Assembly: GCA_963715865.1 (NCBI GenBank)
Contig: OY970280.1
Span: 1,920,001-1,984,000 of the forward strand
Direction: 5' to 3'
Length of the DNA: 64,000 nucleotides
Origin: Candidatus Bathyarchaeota archaeon
GTDB lineage: Archaea; Thermoproteota; Bathyarchaeia; Bathyarchaeales; Bathycorpusculaceae
Shown here: positions 9,680 through 19,810 of the stretch, in pieces
Layout: each line of letters opens with the position of its first letter
How positions within the stretch are numbered: the stretch's first letter is position 1
Notes under the pieces: model-generated
Seen by the model: only the letters and a program-made list of their open reading frames with translations
Database searches by the model: none
What the model was told of the DNA's origin: nothing
Made by a program: the position numbers and the translations under genes

Positions 9680-10714
9680 CTAGCTGAACCATTTTTCCAA
9701 TGATACTTTGCCTTTCTGCTTCTTTGTGCCTTCTAGCATTTTATCTAGTGATTTTCTCACGCGGTCTTCCGAGAAGTCTTTCTGCCTGCAAAGGAAATCG
9801 GCGACGCCTTCTACGTCGGGTTCTTTCCATTCTAACTTGTAGTTATCTGTGACTTGCGGGTGCAGAAAGATTTCTCTTATGCAGTTGGGCTCAACTGGAA
9901 AAGTGGCGTTTTTTATATTGGGTAACGCGTTTTCTAATGTTCCGTATTGTTTTATTAGTTTTAGGGCGGTTTTTGGTCCTAGCCCTTTTATGCCCTCTGG
10001 GTTATAGTCTGTTCCAATTAGGATGCCTACGTCTATTAGTTGCTCGTAAGTTAAGCCGCATGCGTCTAGGGCTTTGGATAGTTCAATTACTTCAGGCACA
10101 ATGTCGATGTAGATGTTTTTGCTTGGAAGCTTCCGCCTACCAGAAATAGTAACGTTCCGAAGGAGTCTTGGAGCGCCGAAAAGTAGGCTGTCGTAGTCTT
10201 GGCTTGCGCAGTAATCCGCATTGCTACGTTTTGTCATGTGTGCGGCTTGGGCTTCTCCTTCGCTTGGCGCTTGGACCCATGGCAACCCCATGAGGCTCAG
10301 CAGTTTCATGGCGTCGTCCTTCATGTAGTCCTTCATGGTCATAGTAGCCTGCGCAAACATCCGCATCTTTGCCGTATCGCCTATCGCCACCGCCTTCTCA
10401 TAGTGCACGGCGGCTCCCACTTTGACTTGCCTGCGCCGCTCAATCTCAGCCGCCTTCAAGGTTGGCGGAACACCATCGAAAACGTAGATGGTTTTTATTC
10501 CCATTTCCACTAGGTTGCTTGTGCGGTAGAATAAGCCGCTTAGGTGACTGGTGACTTTTCCCATGCTGTCTTTTAGCGGTGTGCCGTCTGGTTGTCGAAT
10601 GATGGCGAGAAACTGGTAAATCGCGTTGTAAGCGTCTATGGCGATGATTTTGCCACTTAAATCCTCCAGCTTAACAGGAGTTTTCGGAACGAGGCCTTTG
10701 AAGTCTACGCCCAA
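9680..10714 (-). CDS. fen: Flap endonuclease 1
   Basis: MGV..., IDAYNAIYQFL, APSEGEAQAA, SQDYDSLLFG, C-terminal PIP box SLEKWF; TTG start. Confidence 0.98.
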   Translation of the reverse strand: MGVDFKGLVPKTPVKLEDLSGKIIAIDAYNAIYQFLAIIRQPDGTPLKDSMGKVTSHLSGLFYRTSNLVEMGIKTIYVFDGVPPTLKAAEIERRRQVKVGAAVHYEKAVAIGDTAKMRMFAQATMTMKDYMKDDAMKLLSLMGLPWVQAPSEGEAQAAHMTKRSNADYCASQDYDSLLFGAPRLLRNVTISGRRKLPSKNIYIDIVPEVIELSKALDACGLTYEQLIDVGILIGTDYNPEGIKGLGPKTALKLIKQYGTLENALPNIKNATFPVEPNCIREIFLHPQVTDNYKLEWKEPDVEGVADFLCRQKDFSEDRVRKSLDKMLEGTKKQKGKVSLEKWFS

Positions 10715-10808
10715 AACTTATCACGAATGAAATAAGGCAAGACACCTTCTTAATAAACTTGCGAAATAGCTCATTTCTTGGTGGTAGTCGCTTAAGGTAT
10801 AAATATGG

Positions 10809-10826
10809 GTTATACTTTTGTATAAC
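10809..10826. promoter_or_regulatory. vapBC operator candidate
   Basis: GTTATAC-TTTT-GTATAAC inverted repeat just downstream of TATAAATA (~10798-10805) and 13 nt before the antitoxin start. Confidence 0.6.
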
Positions 10827-10839
10827 TGGTGGTTAGACA

Positions 10840-11103
10840 TTGATTGAGGAAGAAATGAAAGTCGGTCCAAAAGGGCAGGTCGTAATTCCGCGAGCAATGC
10901 GCAAAGCCCTGAAAATTGAGCCCGGCTCCAAGGTCCTATTCACGTTGGAGGATGACAAGTTAATCCTGAAAAAGCCTGCTTTCGACGCGGTGGCTGTATT
11001 TGAAAGAATAGCTAAGAGTGGCAAATCAGTTTCCAAAGTGGATCCTCACGCTTACGAAGAAGAACTTGAAGAGAGATACAAACGTGCTCTATCTGGACGC
11101 TAA
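10840..11103 (+). CDS. vapB: AbrB/MazE/SpoVT-type antitoxin (VapB)
   Basis: KVGPKGQVVIPRAMRKALKIEPGSKV swapped-hairpin motif; overlaps PIN gene. Confidence 0.92.
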   Translation: MIEEEMKVGPKGQVVIPRAMRKALKIEPGSKVLFTLEDDKLILKKPAFDAVAVFERIAKSGKSVSKVDPHAYEEELEERYKRALSGR

Positions 11104-11482
11104 CGTTTTCATTTTCGCTGCTTTAAACGCTGAAGAGTTTGGAAGCAAAGCAGTGTCTTTGCTTAAGAAAATTCAGCAAGGTGAGGAACAAGCGATCACT
11201 TCGGCATTGACCTTTGATGAAACATTTTGGGAAGTAAAAAAGAACCGAGGAATTGAAAAAGCGTTGGAAGCAGGAGAGGCTATGTTGAATTTTCCTAACT
11301 TAGAGATTATACCTGCTGACAGAGAAGTGGTTTTGTCAGCTTTGCAAATCATCAGGGAATGCCATTTAGCGCCAAGAGATGCCATTCATGCGGCAACGGC
11401 TATAGCAGAAAAAGCAGACTTCATAGTTTCAACGGATACTCACTTTGATAGGGTAAAAGAGCTAAAACGGAAAAAACTATAA
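11084..11482 (+). CDS. vapC: PIN-domain toxin VapC
   Basis: YLDANVF...TFDE...PRDAIHAATA...STDTHFD PIN acidic residues; GTG start at 11084 preferred over 11018. Confidence 0.93.
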   Translation: MLYLDANVFIFAALNAEEFGSKAVSLLKKIQQGEEQAITSALTFDETFWEVKKNRGIEKALEAGEAMLNFPNLEIIPADREVVLSALQIIRECHLAPRDAIHAATAIAEKADFIVSTDTHFDRVKELKRKKL

Positions 11483-11601
11483 CAGTACTCAAACAAAGCA
11501 AGTTGCCGTCAAGTTGGCACCCAAGTGATGCAGTTAGAATATGGCGATTCTATTGGTAATAAACTTGCCCAAGAACATTAGTAAAATAGCTTACAGTATA
11601 T

Positions 11602-12381
11602 TTATATGCACTTTCCTTTGTCCCAGTAGTAAAGAAACAGGTCTCTGACCCAGTTGAGGAACACTGTGTCTTTTCCAAAAAAGCCTGCATGATCTTGTCT
11701 TCCCCCAATGAATCGAAAGCATATGACCGCCTCTTTTTCCGTGAGCCCGAAGATTGCTGGAAGGTCTGGAAGAGTCCGATTTTCAAGGTTTGGAAATTTT
11801 GCAGGCGGGAGGGGGGAAAGAATTTGGAATTCTACTTTTTTTGGGATTTGTTTCACTATCGTATCAAAGGATCCAGGGGGTGGTTCTGGGATGGCTCCCC
11901 ACATGTATTGTTCGGCTTCTCCAATCATCTGTGAAGACTTGGTTGTGCTCTCTATCATGCCCATTCGCAGGCTTGTTTGTGAAAGCTCGCCCAGTCTCTT
12001 CACGAATTGGTGAGGAAGCCGCCAAACGTCATGAGTTAAGAAGTATTCCTTATGTTTGAGTACAAATTCTATAGGAGAAGAGAGTTCTAACACGAGTCTG
12101 CCATACTCGGTAATGGCGTATGTGCCTTCAGGTTGCTTTTGAACAAGCATGGCTTCGCTCAGGCGTTGCAATTGTCTGAAAGTCTCGGTTGTGGTTAAGT
12201 TTAGTTTGCGGGCGACATCGTTCATCTTCCCATTTTTCTCTTTTAGCTGGAGCAGTATGTCGAGTCTGCTTTCGCTTGCGAGTTCATAAAACAGCCTTTC
12301 AATGCCTTCCTGTTTATCCAACTTTTTATCACCGATGTTAAAGCATTCACACCACTGTATTCCATTGCACATTGTAAGCAA
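11602..12381 (-). CDS. ArsR-family wHTH regulator with C-terminal effector domain
   Basis: LFYELASESRLDIL...TTETFRQLQRL...YAITEYG; the start is probably the downstream TTG (LDKQEG). Confidence 0.8.
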   Translation of the reverse strand: MLTMCNGIQWCECFNIGDKKLDKQEGIERLFYELASESRLDILLQLKEKNGKMNDVARKLNLTTTETFRQLQRLSEAMLVQKQPEGTYAITEYGRLVLELSSPIEFVLKHKEYFLTHDVWRLPHQFVKRLGELSQTSLRMGMIESTTKSSQMIGEAEQYMWGAIPEPPPGSFDTIVKQIPKKVEFQILSPLPPAKFPNLENRTLPDLPAIFGLTEKEAVICFRFIGGRQDHAGFFGKDTVFLNWVRDLFLYYWDKGKCI

Positions 12382-12432
12382 ATAAAGGTAATCGGCTTCC
12401 GACGCTTAATAAGAAATCAAGAGGCAAGAAAG

Positions 12433-12723
12433 ATGGCAAACGAAATTGAAGAAACGGAACGCTTCTTTTCCATCGAACTCAAATCAAAAGCTGACCTAAA
12501 GAACATTACCTTGGCAAATGGCGCCCAAGACAACGTCCTCGTGGAGGGCACAATAGGCGAACTTGTACAAGCAACCTTCGTGGAAGGTGTCATTTTGGAA
12601 ATTGCTGGCAAAAAAGGAACAGTGAGAATTAACTTGAAAGAGAAAGAGCTAAGAAAAGAGACCAAAGGCGAGGACACCTCTGTGAACGAAAAAGAATCAC
12701 GGGAGGTGAAATTATGCCAGTAA
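12433..12723 (+). CDS. Hypothetical protein
   Basis: 96-aa ORF divergent from the ArsR gene, overlapping the next ORF. Confidence 0.7.
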   Translation: MANEIEETERFFSIELKSKADLKNITLANGAQDNVLVEGTIGELVQATFVEGVILEIAGKKGTVRINLKEKELRKETKGEDTSVNEKESREVKLCQ

Positions 12724-12923
12724 CAGCACTGAGAATATTTGTTTATGCTGCGATTATCATATTGAGTATTGCTGCTGTTAAGACGTTAATCCCTAATTCG
12801 CAAGCAAGTAAACCATGCCTATTAGGATACAAGGCTACCTGCTCTTTCACACCCATAAGCACTGCAATCTTGATTGTGGCAGCCATTATCTTATTCCTTA
12901 TAGCGAAAGGAGTGATTGGCTGA
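12714..12923 (+). CDS. Small two-TM membrane protein with a Cys pair in the loop
   Basis: Two hydrophobic helices flanking ASKPCLLGYKATCSFTP; preceded by GGAGGTGA SD. Confidence 0.7.
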   Translation: MPVTALRIFVYAAIIILSIAAVKTLIPNSQASKPCLLGYKATCSFTPISTAILIVAAIILFLIAKGVIG

Positions 12924-13030
12924 TGATTTACGAAAGAACTGAGCTTTAATTCCAGCTTTTTTCTGTTTTTAATAAGCATAGCAGATATAAGGAACCCTTA
13001 CAATTTAAAACCGCAACGAAGTGTTCCCTT

Positions 13031-13213
13031 ATGACAGAAAGAACATTATCCTTAGTCACCTGTACAAGCTGCGGCAAACCAATTCCGCCAGGCAGCGAAT
13101 CCACAAAATTCCAGTGCCCCAACTGCGGAGAAATCCAAATCAAACGCGACGGAAAATGCCGCAAATTCGGCCGCTTGTACAAATGCCCGAAATGCGGATT
13201 CACAGGACCATAA
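13031..13213 (+). CDS. Small zinc-finger protein (HVO_2753/DUF1610-like)
   Basis: CTSC..CPNC..CxK..CPKC; conserved position upstream of EF-1beta. Confidence 0.9.
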   Translation: MTERTLSLVTCTSCGKPIPPGSESTKFQCPNCGEIQIKRDGKCRKFGRLYKCPKCGFTGP

Positions 13214-13226
13214 AGGCGATTTAACC

Positions 13227-13502
13227 ATGGGAAGCGTTTTGGTAACATACAAGATTTTCCCAGAAGACATAGTGGAAAACTTTGACGACCTCAAAAAGAA
13301 AATCCAAAACATCATGCCCGAATTCTCCGCAATCGAAGGATACGGCGAAGAACCAATAGCCTTCGGACTCGTAGTGCTGCTTGTTCAAGTTAAATTTCCA
13401 GAAGATAAAACAGGCATCGTTGACGAATTCGAAGAAAAACTCGCAAAAATACCAGGCATAAGCCAAGCCCAAACCTTCATGGTGCGCAGAACAAGCAGAT
13501 AA
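13227..13502 (+). CDS. ef1b: Translation elongation factor 1-beta
   Basis: MGSVLVTYKIFPE...EEPIAFGL motifs. Confidence 0.93.
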   Translation: MGSVLVTYKIFPEDIVENFDDLKKKIQNIMPEFSAIEGYGEEPIAFGLVVLLVQVKFPEDKTGIVDEFEEKLAKIPGISQAQTFMVRRTSR

Positions 13503-13645
13503 AACGCTTAATTACCCAAAAAGCCACAAGACACTTCTTTAATATGCGCCTGAAAGTCTCAACCGTTACGCTTTAAAGTTTATATAGGAATAAACGTTCT
13601 TTTCAAACACACACTCTTAACATCAAATTATTTGGAGGATTCTGT

Positions 13646-15817
13646 TTGAGCGAAATTCAATTACACGTTGGAGACGCACGGCAAAGAGACGTGGGCAGAG
13701 GAATCGCCCGCATAGACCAGCGAACCATGCAGAAACTAGGCATAAGCGCTGGAGACGTAATAGAAATCATAAACAAACGCACAACATCAGCCATCGCTTG
13801 GCCTGCATACAGCGAAGACCAAAACCGCGACATCATCCGCATCGACGGCTTCACACGCAAAAACAGCGGCGTAGCCATAAACGAATATGTAGTGGTGCGA
13901 CCGGCAAAAGTCAAAGCAGCATTAAGCATAACACTTGCACCTGTCGACATGCGCTTAAACGTGGACGAAGACTTCACAAACTTCGTTAAAAACCGCCTCA
14001 TGGAACGCACCCTCGTAGAAGGCGACACAACCTTAGTAATGATGCTAGGGCACGCCATACCATTCACCGTGTCAAAAACTCGACCTCACGGCATAATAAA
14101 AGTAACAACCGAATCACGCTTAACCATACTAAACGAACCAGCACCCGAAGGCAAAGGTCTACCGAGAACCACATACGAAGACATCGGCGGCTTACACGAA
14201 GAAATCCAACGAGTCCGCGAAATGGTAGAACTACCACTCCGCCACCCAGAACTCTTCCAACGTTTAGGAATAGAACCTCCAAAAGGCGTACTCCTTCACG
14301 GTCCACCAGGCTGCGGAAAAACCCTCCTAGCCAGAGCAGTCGCCAACGAGTCAGAAGCCAACTTCTACTCAATTAACGGTCCAGAAATCATGAGCAAATT
14401 CTACGGTGAATCCGAAGCACGCTTACGCGAAATTTTCCAGCAAGCCCAACAGAACGCGCCAAGCATAATATTCGTGGACGAACTTGATGCCATAGCGCCT
14501 AAACGAGAAGAAGTCACAGGCGAAGTTGAAAGACGCGTCGTTGCACAACTCCTCGCATTGATGGATGGTTTAAGCGGAAGAGGAAACGTCATAGTCATCG
14601 GCGCAACCAACCGTCCACAAGCACTTGACCCTGCACTGCGCAGACCTGGAAGATTTGACAGAGAAATAGAAATCGGCGTACCCGACAAGAAAGGAAGATA
14701 CGAAGTCCTCCAAATACACACAAGAGGCATGCCACTTGCTGAAGATGTTGACCTCAAAAAACTCGCTGACATAACCCATGGCTACACAGGCGCCGATGTA
14801 TCCGCGCTAGGCAGAGAAACAGCCATGAAAGCCCTCCGCAGATACCTACCACAAATAAACCTTGAAGAAGAACGCGTTCCACCAGCCGTCTTAGAGAAAA
14901 TGGAGGTTAAAATGGACGATTTCGTTGGCGCATACAAGGAAGTCACGCCTACGGCCATGCGTGAAGTCTACATTGAAGTTTCCACTGTTCACTGGGATGA
15001 CACCGGTGGACTCGACGATGTAAAACAGCACCTCAAAGAAGCTGTTGAGTGGCCAATGAAGAATCCTGAAATGTTCACTAGGCTTGGAATTAGACCGCCA
15101 AAAGGCATACTGCTGTATGGTCCACCAGGCTGCGGCAAAACCCTCCTAGCCAGAGCAGTGGCAACAGAAAGCGAAGCCAACTTCATATCAATCAAGGGTC
15201 CTGAAGTTTTCTCCAAATGGGTTGGAGAATCAGAAAAAGCCATACGCGAAGTATTCCGCAAAGCCCGAATGGCAGCGCCTGCCGTCATATTCCTAGATGA
15301 AATAGACTCGCTCACGCCTAGACGTGGAATGGGTATGTCTGACAGCGGCGTTTCAGAACGAGTCATAAGTCAACTCCTAACAGAAATGGATGGCATAGTA
15401 ACATTACAAGACATTGTAGTTATCGCTGCTACCAACCGTCCCGACATGGTGGATTCCGCCGTTCTACGTCCCGGAAGGTTTGACAGACTGATTTATGTGC
15501 CTGAACCTGATGAAAAAAGCCGCTTGCAAATATTCAAAATCTACACAAAAGGTATGCCAATCAGCAAAGATGTTGACTTGAACCAGTTGACAATGATGAC
15601 CAAATACTATTCGGGCGCTGACATAGAATCCTTGTGCAGAGAAGCCGCAATGCATGCGTTAAGAAGGGATGTAAACTCCCAAGAAGTCACTATGAAAGAT
15701 TTCCAGGATGCCTTGAAAGAAATGGGTCCATCAGTATCGCCTGACATGGAGAAATGGTACAAGAGCTTCATACAGCAAGTCCGGCAAGTACAAAAACCAG
15801 CAACACCAGTTGCTTAG
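13646..15817 (+). CDS. cdc48: CDC48/VCP AAA ATPase
   Basis: N domain plus two AAA modules (GPPGCGKT x2, RPGRFD x2); TTG start. Confidence 0.98.
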   Translation: MSEIQLHVGDARQRDVGRGIARIDQRTMQKLGISAGDVIEIINKRTTSAIAWPAYSEDQNRDIIRIDGFTRKNSGVAINEYVVVRPAKVKAALSITLAPVDMRLNVDEDFTNFVKNRLMERTLVEGDTTLVMMLGHAIPFTVSKTRPHGIIKVTTESRLTILNEPAPEGKGLPRTTYEDIGGLHEEIQRVREMVELPLRHPELFQRLGIEPPKGVLLHGPPGCGKTLLARAVANESEANFYSINGPEIMSKFYGESEARLREIFQQAQQNAPSIIFVDELDAIAPKREEVTGEVERRVVAQLLALMDGLSGRGNVIVIGATNRPQALDPALRRPGRFDREIEIGVPDKKGRYEVLQIHTRGMPLAEDVDLKKLADITHGYTGADVSALGRETAMKALRRYLPQINLEEERVPPAVLEKMEVKMDDFVGAYKEVTPTAMREVYIEVSTVHWDDTGGLDDVKQHLKEAVEWPMKNPEMFTRLGIRPPKGILLYGPPGCGKTLLARAVATESEANFISIKGPEVFSKWVGESEKAIREVFRKARMAAPAVIFLDEIDSLTPRRGMGMSDSGVSERVISQLLTEMDGIVTLQDIVVIAATNRPDMVDSAVLRPGRFDRLIYVPEPDEKSRLQIFKIYTKGMPISKDVDLNQLTMMTKYYSGADIESLCREAAMHALRRDVNSQEVTMKDFQDALKEMGPSVSPDMEKWYKSFIQQVRQVQKPATPVA

Positions 15818-15831
15818 AGAAGGAAAGCTTG

Positions 15832-16062
15832 ATGCCTCAGATAAAAACTTGGAAAACACGCCCAGCTTACTCCGTTATATTGGAAATTCTCAATAAAAAG
15901 GGCGACATGGCTGATGACGACCTGTTTGCTCAGTTAAAAGACGAGTATGACGATTTAGGCTACAAAGACTTCAATGATCTGCTGCTAAGGCTTGAGGTAA
16001 CCGGCAAAATTCGCACTTCTTCCATGGCGCGTGGAAAACGCCGAGTCGAGTTAGTCCATTAA
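15832..16062 (+). CDS. Small winged-helix-like conserved hypothetical protein
   Basis: ATG at 15832 (MPQIKTWK...), follows cdc48; LLRLEVTGKIR wing-like motif. Confidence 0.7.
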   Translation: MPQIKTWKTRPAYSVILEILNKKGDMADDDLFAQLKDEYDDLGYKDFNDLLLRLEVTGKIRTSSMARGKRRVELVH

Positions 16063-16066
16063 CGTA

Positions 16067-17320
16067 ATGATGATGACGCACATAGTGCAAACAACAGGCA
16101 ATACTCCCGACGCCATAGTTGTTGGAGCGGGACCTGTTGGTTCATATGCAGCACTAAACTTGGCTAAACTAGGCGTTAAAGTCACAGTTTTCGAAGAGCA
16201 CCCTGAAATTGGGTTACCTTCCCATTGCGCTGGGCACCTGAGCATTCGAAGCTTAAGCAACATGGGTTTGTATCCGCTTCCAAATGGGATTGTTGAAAAC
16301 ACTTTTAGTACAGCCAACTTTTATTCGTCCGCTGGCACCAAATTTTCACTTCACCTTTCTCGCCCAGTGACTGCCGCTGTGAACAGGGCACGTTTTGACA
16401 AGTACTTGGCTAGGCAAGCTGAAGCGGCTGGCGCACGTTTCGTCTTAAACGCCTGTGTCCAATCGCTGATTATGGCGGATGGCTTTGTCAAAGGCGTAAA
16501 TATCCAACGAAACGGGGGAAAAGAAGAGAAAGTTTATTCTAAGATTACTTTGGATGCTGAGGGCGTAGCTTCTAGGGTTTTGAGACAAGCAGGTTTAACA
16601 GCACTTAAACCTGAAGGACTGGTTTATGCGGTTGAAGCTGAAGTAGAAAACGTGCAGGATGTTGAGCGTAACGCGGTTGAAGTTTACTTTGGCAAGGCTT
16701 ATGCACCTGGCTTTTACGGGTGGCTTATTCCAAAGCTTGATGGAACTGCGAAAGTTGGTTTAGCAACAAACAAGGGAGACCCCCGAAAGTTCCTGCGTGA
16801 GCTAATGTCGAAGCATCCCGTTGCTTCTAAACAGCTTGGTAAAGCCAGAATAACACAAATTGGGTATCACGCCATATCTTTGGGTGGTCCAATCGGCAGA
16901 GCTTACTCGAACGGTTTTCTTGCTGTCGGCGACTGCGCTTCGCAAGTTAAACCAACCACTGGAGGGGGAGTAATTTTCGGGTTAACATGCGCCAAAATAG
17001 CAGCGGAAACTGCTAGTGGAGCCCTACAGCGAGGCGATGTTTCCTCTGATTTCCTGCGGGTTTACCAAAAGCGCTGTTCTGACTTGTTGGGTTTTGATTT
17101 TAGTGTTATGCTTAGGCTTAGGCGGTTTCTTGATTCTTTGTCTGACGTGAAAGTGGATGAGGTGTTGCGGTTCTGCGGAAAGTTGGGCGTGGATAAAGCA
17201 TTAAGCGATGTGGATGAAATTGATTTTCAAGGAAAGCTTATGCTTAAGGTTATAGGTAAACCTTCAATGCTGGCGGCTATTGCTTACTTTGTTATGCTTT
17301 ACTTGTCTGCAAAGCCTTAA
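16067..17320 (+). CDS. Geranylgeranyl reductase family FAD oxidoreductase
   Basis: VVGAGPVG, HCAG, RFDKYLA, YGWLIP, VGDCASQVKPTTGGG. Confidence 0.92.
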   Translation: MMMTHIVQTTGNTPDAIVVGAGPVGSYAALNLAKLGVKVTVFEEHPEIGLPSHCAGHLSIRSLSNMGLYPLPNGIVENTFSTANFYSSAGTKFSLHLSRPVTAAVNRARFDKYLARQAEAAGARFVLNACVQSLIMADGFVKGVNIQRNGGKEEKVYSKITLDAEGVASRVLRQAGLTALKPEGLVYAVEAEVENVQDVERNAVEVYFGKAYAPGFYGWLIPKLDGTAKVGLATNKGDPRKFLRELMSKHPVASKQLGKARITQIGYHAISLGGPIGRAYSNGFLAVGDCASQVKPTTGGGVIFGLTCAKIAAETASGALQRGDVSSDFLRVYQKRCSDLLGFDFSVMLRLRRFLDSLSDVKVDEVLRFCGKLGVDKALSDVDEIDFQGKLMLKVIGKPSMLAAIAYFVMLYLSAKP

Positions 17321-17355
17321 AATCTTGGATGCCAAACTATAGGCGGGAAACGCGA

Positions 17356-17718
17356 ATGAGCGAATTTGAATATAAGCAAGTCCTCGTTTTCCGCGCGGAT
17401 TTGAAGATGAGTAAAGGAAAAATTGCAGCGCAAGCTGGGCACGCAGCGGTTTCTGCTGCTCAAGACGCTTTTGTGCATCATAAGAAGTGGTGGGAAGCCT
17501 GGCTTTTTGAGGGGCAACGTAAAATAGCGGTTAAGGTTCCCGGCGAGAAGGAGCTGGGTGAGCTTGAAGAGGCAGCTGACGAGTTGGGTTTGCCTCATGC
17601 GTTGATTGTTGATCGAGGTTTAACGGAGGTTCCAGAGGGCACAATAACCTGCTTGGGGATTGGTCCTGCACCAGCAGAAAAGATCGATCGGTTAACGGGC
17701 AAGCTTAAATTGTTCTAA
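17356..17718 (+). CDS. pth2: Peptidyl-tRNA hydrolase Pth2
   Basis: KQVLVFRADLKMSKGKIAAQAGHA, DRGLTEV, LGIGP; ATG at 17356. Confidence 0.96.
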   Translation: MSEFEYKQVLVFRADLKMSKGKIAAQAGHAAVSAAQDAFVHHKKWWEAWLFEGQRKIAVKVPGEKELGELEEAADELGLPHALIVDRGLTEVPEGTITCLGIGPAPAEKIDRLTGKLKLF

Positions 17719-17727
17719 GGCGATTTT

Positions 17728-19101
17728 TTGCCTATTCCTGAAATTGACAAGTTGCTCGGAATCGAAGTTTATGCTACTAAAACTTCGGGTGTTGGCGGTG
17801 TCATTCGTGAAGTGGTTGATGATTTTGTGGTTGAAGAGGTTCTGGTTGACGGCTCCAAAGCGAGTGTGAATGGGGTTGTTGCAACCAGGGTTTTAGGTTC
17901 TACACTTCAAAGCCAGCGGTATTTGCTGTGCGTTTTGGTTAAGCGTAACTGGGACACCTTCATTGCAGTCAAAAATGTTGCAAGGGGATTAGGCATTGAC
18001 CAAGCGAGAGTCCAGTTTGCAGGGATAAAGGATGCTAAGGCTGTTACTGCCCAACATATCACTATTGAAAACGTTTCGATGGAAGATGTTGGGAAAGTTA
18101 ACGTTAAAGATATAGAAGTTCATCCTGTTGGTTACGTTCGAGAAAAGTTATCGCTGTTTTACCTTTTAGGCAACAATTTCACTATAACAATCAAATCCAT
18201 TAAGCATTCTGAGGCAACCGTTGAAAAACGAGTAGCCCAAGCAATACAGGAAATTAAAGCTTTAGGTGGCATTCCAAACTTTTTTGGGCACCAACGTTTC
18301 GGAACCACACGCCCAATAACGCATTTGGTTGGAAAAGCTCTTGTTAGAGGCGATTTTGAGGAGGCAGCAATGCTTTTTCTAGCTAAATCAAGCGTTCATG
18401 AGCATCCAGCCTCAAGGCAGGCACGCCAAGAACTGCAGTCAAAAAGAAACTTCAAGCAGGCGCTGGAGAATTTTCCTAAGCAACTTCGTTTTGAAAGGTT
18501 AATGCTGAGTCACTTGGTTAATAAACCGGATGATTATGTTGGTGCCTTTCAACGGTTGCCTGCTAAGCTTCAAGAGCTTTTTGTTCAAGCACATCAATCT
18601 TACCTGTTTAACCGTTTCCTGAGCGAGCGGGTTAAGCAAGGTTACTCTTTGAATAAGGCTGAGGTTGGGGATTATGCGGTTGGTGTTGAGCGTTCTGGAT
18701 TACCCTTTACCAGCATGTCAAAAATTGTAACCGTGGAAACTGTGGCTGAAGTTAACGAGCAAATTAAGGCTGGAAAAATGCGAGTTGCTTTACCCATAGT
18801 TGGAGTAAAACAGAAGTTGTCTCAAGGGGTCATGGGGCAGATGGAAAAAGAGGTTCTTGAGGAAGAAGAAATCAAGATGGAAAACTTGCGAATTAACGCT
18901 TTATCAAGGATTGGCGGTAAAGGCGGGTTGCGAACGGCAGTTACTCCAATCAGAGACTTCAAGCTTCAAAATGTTTCAGCAAATGCAGGCGGCAAAGGCT
19001 GCCAAGCAGAATTAAGCTTCATGCTGCTTAGAGGTTCCTACGCAACGGTTCTTCTAAGAGAGATAATGAAGCCATCTAACCTGATAACCGCTGGCTTCTA
19101 A
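17728..19101 (+). CDS. truD: tRNA pseudouridine(13) synthase
   Basis: DFVVEE, AGIKDAKAVT, PNFFGHQRFG, GSYATVLLRE. Confidence 0.96.
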   Translation: MPIPEIDKLLGIEVYATKTSGVGGVIREVVDDFVVEEVLVDGSKASVNGVVATRVLGSTLQSQRYLLCVLVKRNWDTFIAVKNVARGLGIDQARVQFAGIKDAKAVTAQHITIENVSMEDVGKVNVKDIEVHPVGYVREKLSLFYLLGNNFTITIKSIKHSEATVEKRVAQAIQEIKALGGIPNFFGHQRFGTTRPITHLVGKALVRGDFEEAAMLFLAKSSVHEHPASRQARQELQSKRNFKQALENFPKQLRFERLMLSHLVNKPDDYVGAFQRLPAKLQELFVQAHQSYLFNRFLSERVKQGYSLNKAEVGDYAVGVERSGLPFTSMSKIVTVETVAEVNEQIKAGKMRVALPIVGVKQKLSQGVMGQMEKEVLEEEEIKMENLRINALSRIGGKGGLRTAVTPIRDFKLQNVSANAGGKGCQAELSFMLLRGSYATVLLREIMKPSNLITAGF

Positions 19102-19304
19102 ACCTTTAAAATTTTTCCCTTTAGCTTGGTCTATTTAAAATGGGCTTTAGTGACTTAGAGCTAGAATTCAAACGCTAATACTTCTCAAGCTGCTCAGTGA
19201 TAAAGTTGATAAGCAAGTGGTAAATTCACTTTCTATTAGGAAGTTTTTTTACGGAAAATGAACGGCAATGCGTTATACCGCTTCACAAACCAAGTCTCAA
19301 AGAA

Positions 19305-19808
19305 TTGATCTTCTTTTTCGCTTCAGGAGTCCTCGTAAGCATCCCTTTTACTTTGTTTTTTTCGCAGTTTTACTTTTTGTTCCCGTCAGCTTTGGCAGTA
19401 ATTGTTTTAGCGCCCTTCATAGAGGAGTTAGCTAAAGTTTTCCCTCTATTCTATAGGCATGGTGAAACAGAAAGGTCCCTTGTTACATTAGGTATTTTGA
19501 TTGGGTTAGGTTTCGGCATTTCTGAACTGGTATTGTATGTTGCCTTTTTGGGTGCGCCTTTGATTGATAGAATTCCAGGCGTCATTTTTCATGCTTCAAG
19601 CGCAGCCATAACTGCTTACGGTATAGCTAAGAAAAATCCTCTTCCTTACTACTTGTTGTCTGTGGTGCTTCACGCAACAAATAACTTCATTGCTTACGAA
19701 CCTCAGGTGACTTTTGGTTTGTTCGTTGAATTGATAGTTTTAATCGCGGTTTATCTTCTTGCTTGGCGCTTTTACCATAAGGCTTCAAAAGAAAAAATAG
19801 TCGTATAA
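19305..19808 (+). CDS. PrsW-family intramembrane glutamic protease
   Basis: APFIEELAK, GLGFGISE, FHASSAA, LHATNN motifs; the true start may be ATG 19258 with a 1-nt indel. Confidence 0.85.
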   Translation: MIFFFASGVLVSIPFTLFFSQFYFLFPSALAVIVLAPFIEELAKVFPLFYRHGETERSLVTLGILIGLGFGISELVLYVAFLGAPLIDRIPGVIFHASSAAITAYGIAKKNPLPYYLLSVVLHATNNFIAYEPQVTFGLFVELIVLIAVYLLAWRFYHKASKEKIVV

Positions 19809-19810
19809 CG

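Noticed and set aside
11018-11083. N-terminal extension of VapC given in the ORF track
   Set aside because: It overlaps most of vapB's 3' end, and PIN domains begin at the (M/V)LYLD motif, so GTG 11084 is preferred.
15754-15831. N-terminal extension of the ORF after cdc48
   Set aside because: It overlaps the cdc48 coding sequence. ATG 15832 follows the stop with a purine-rich leader.
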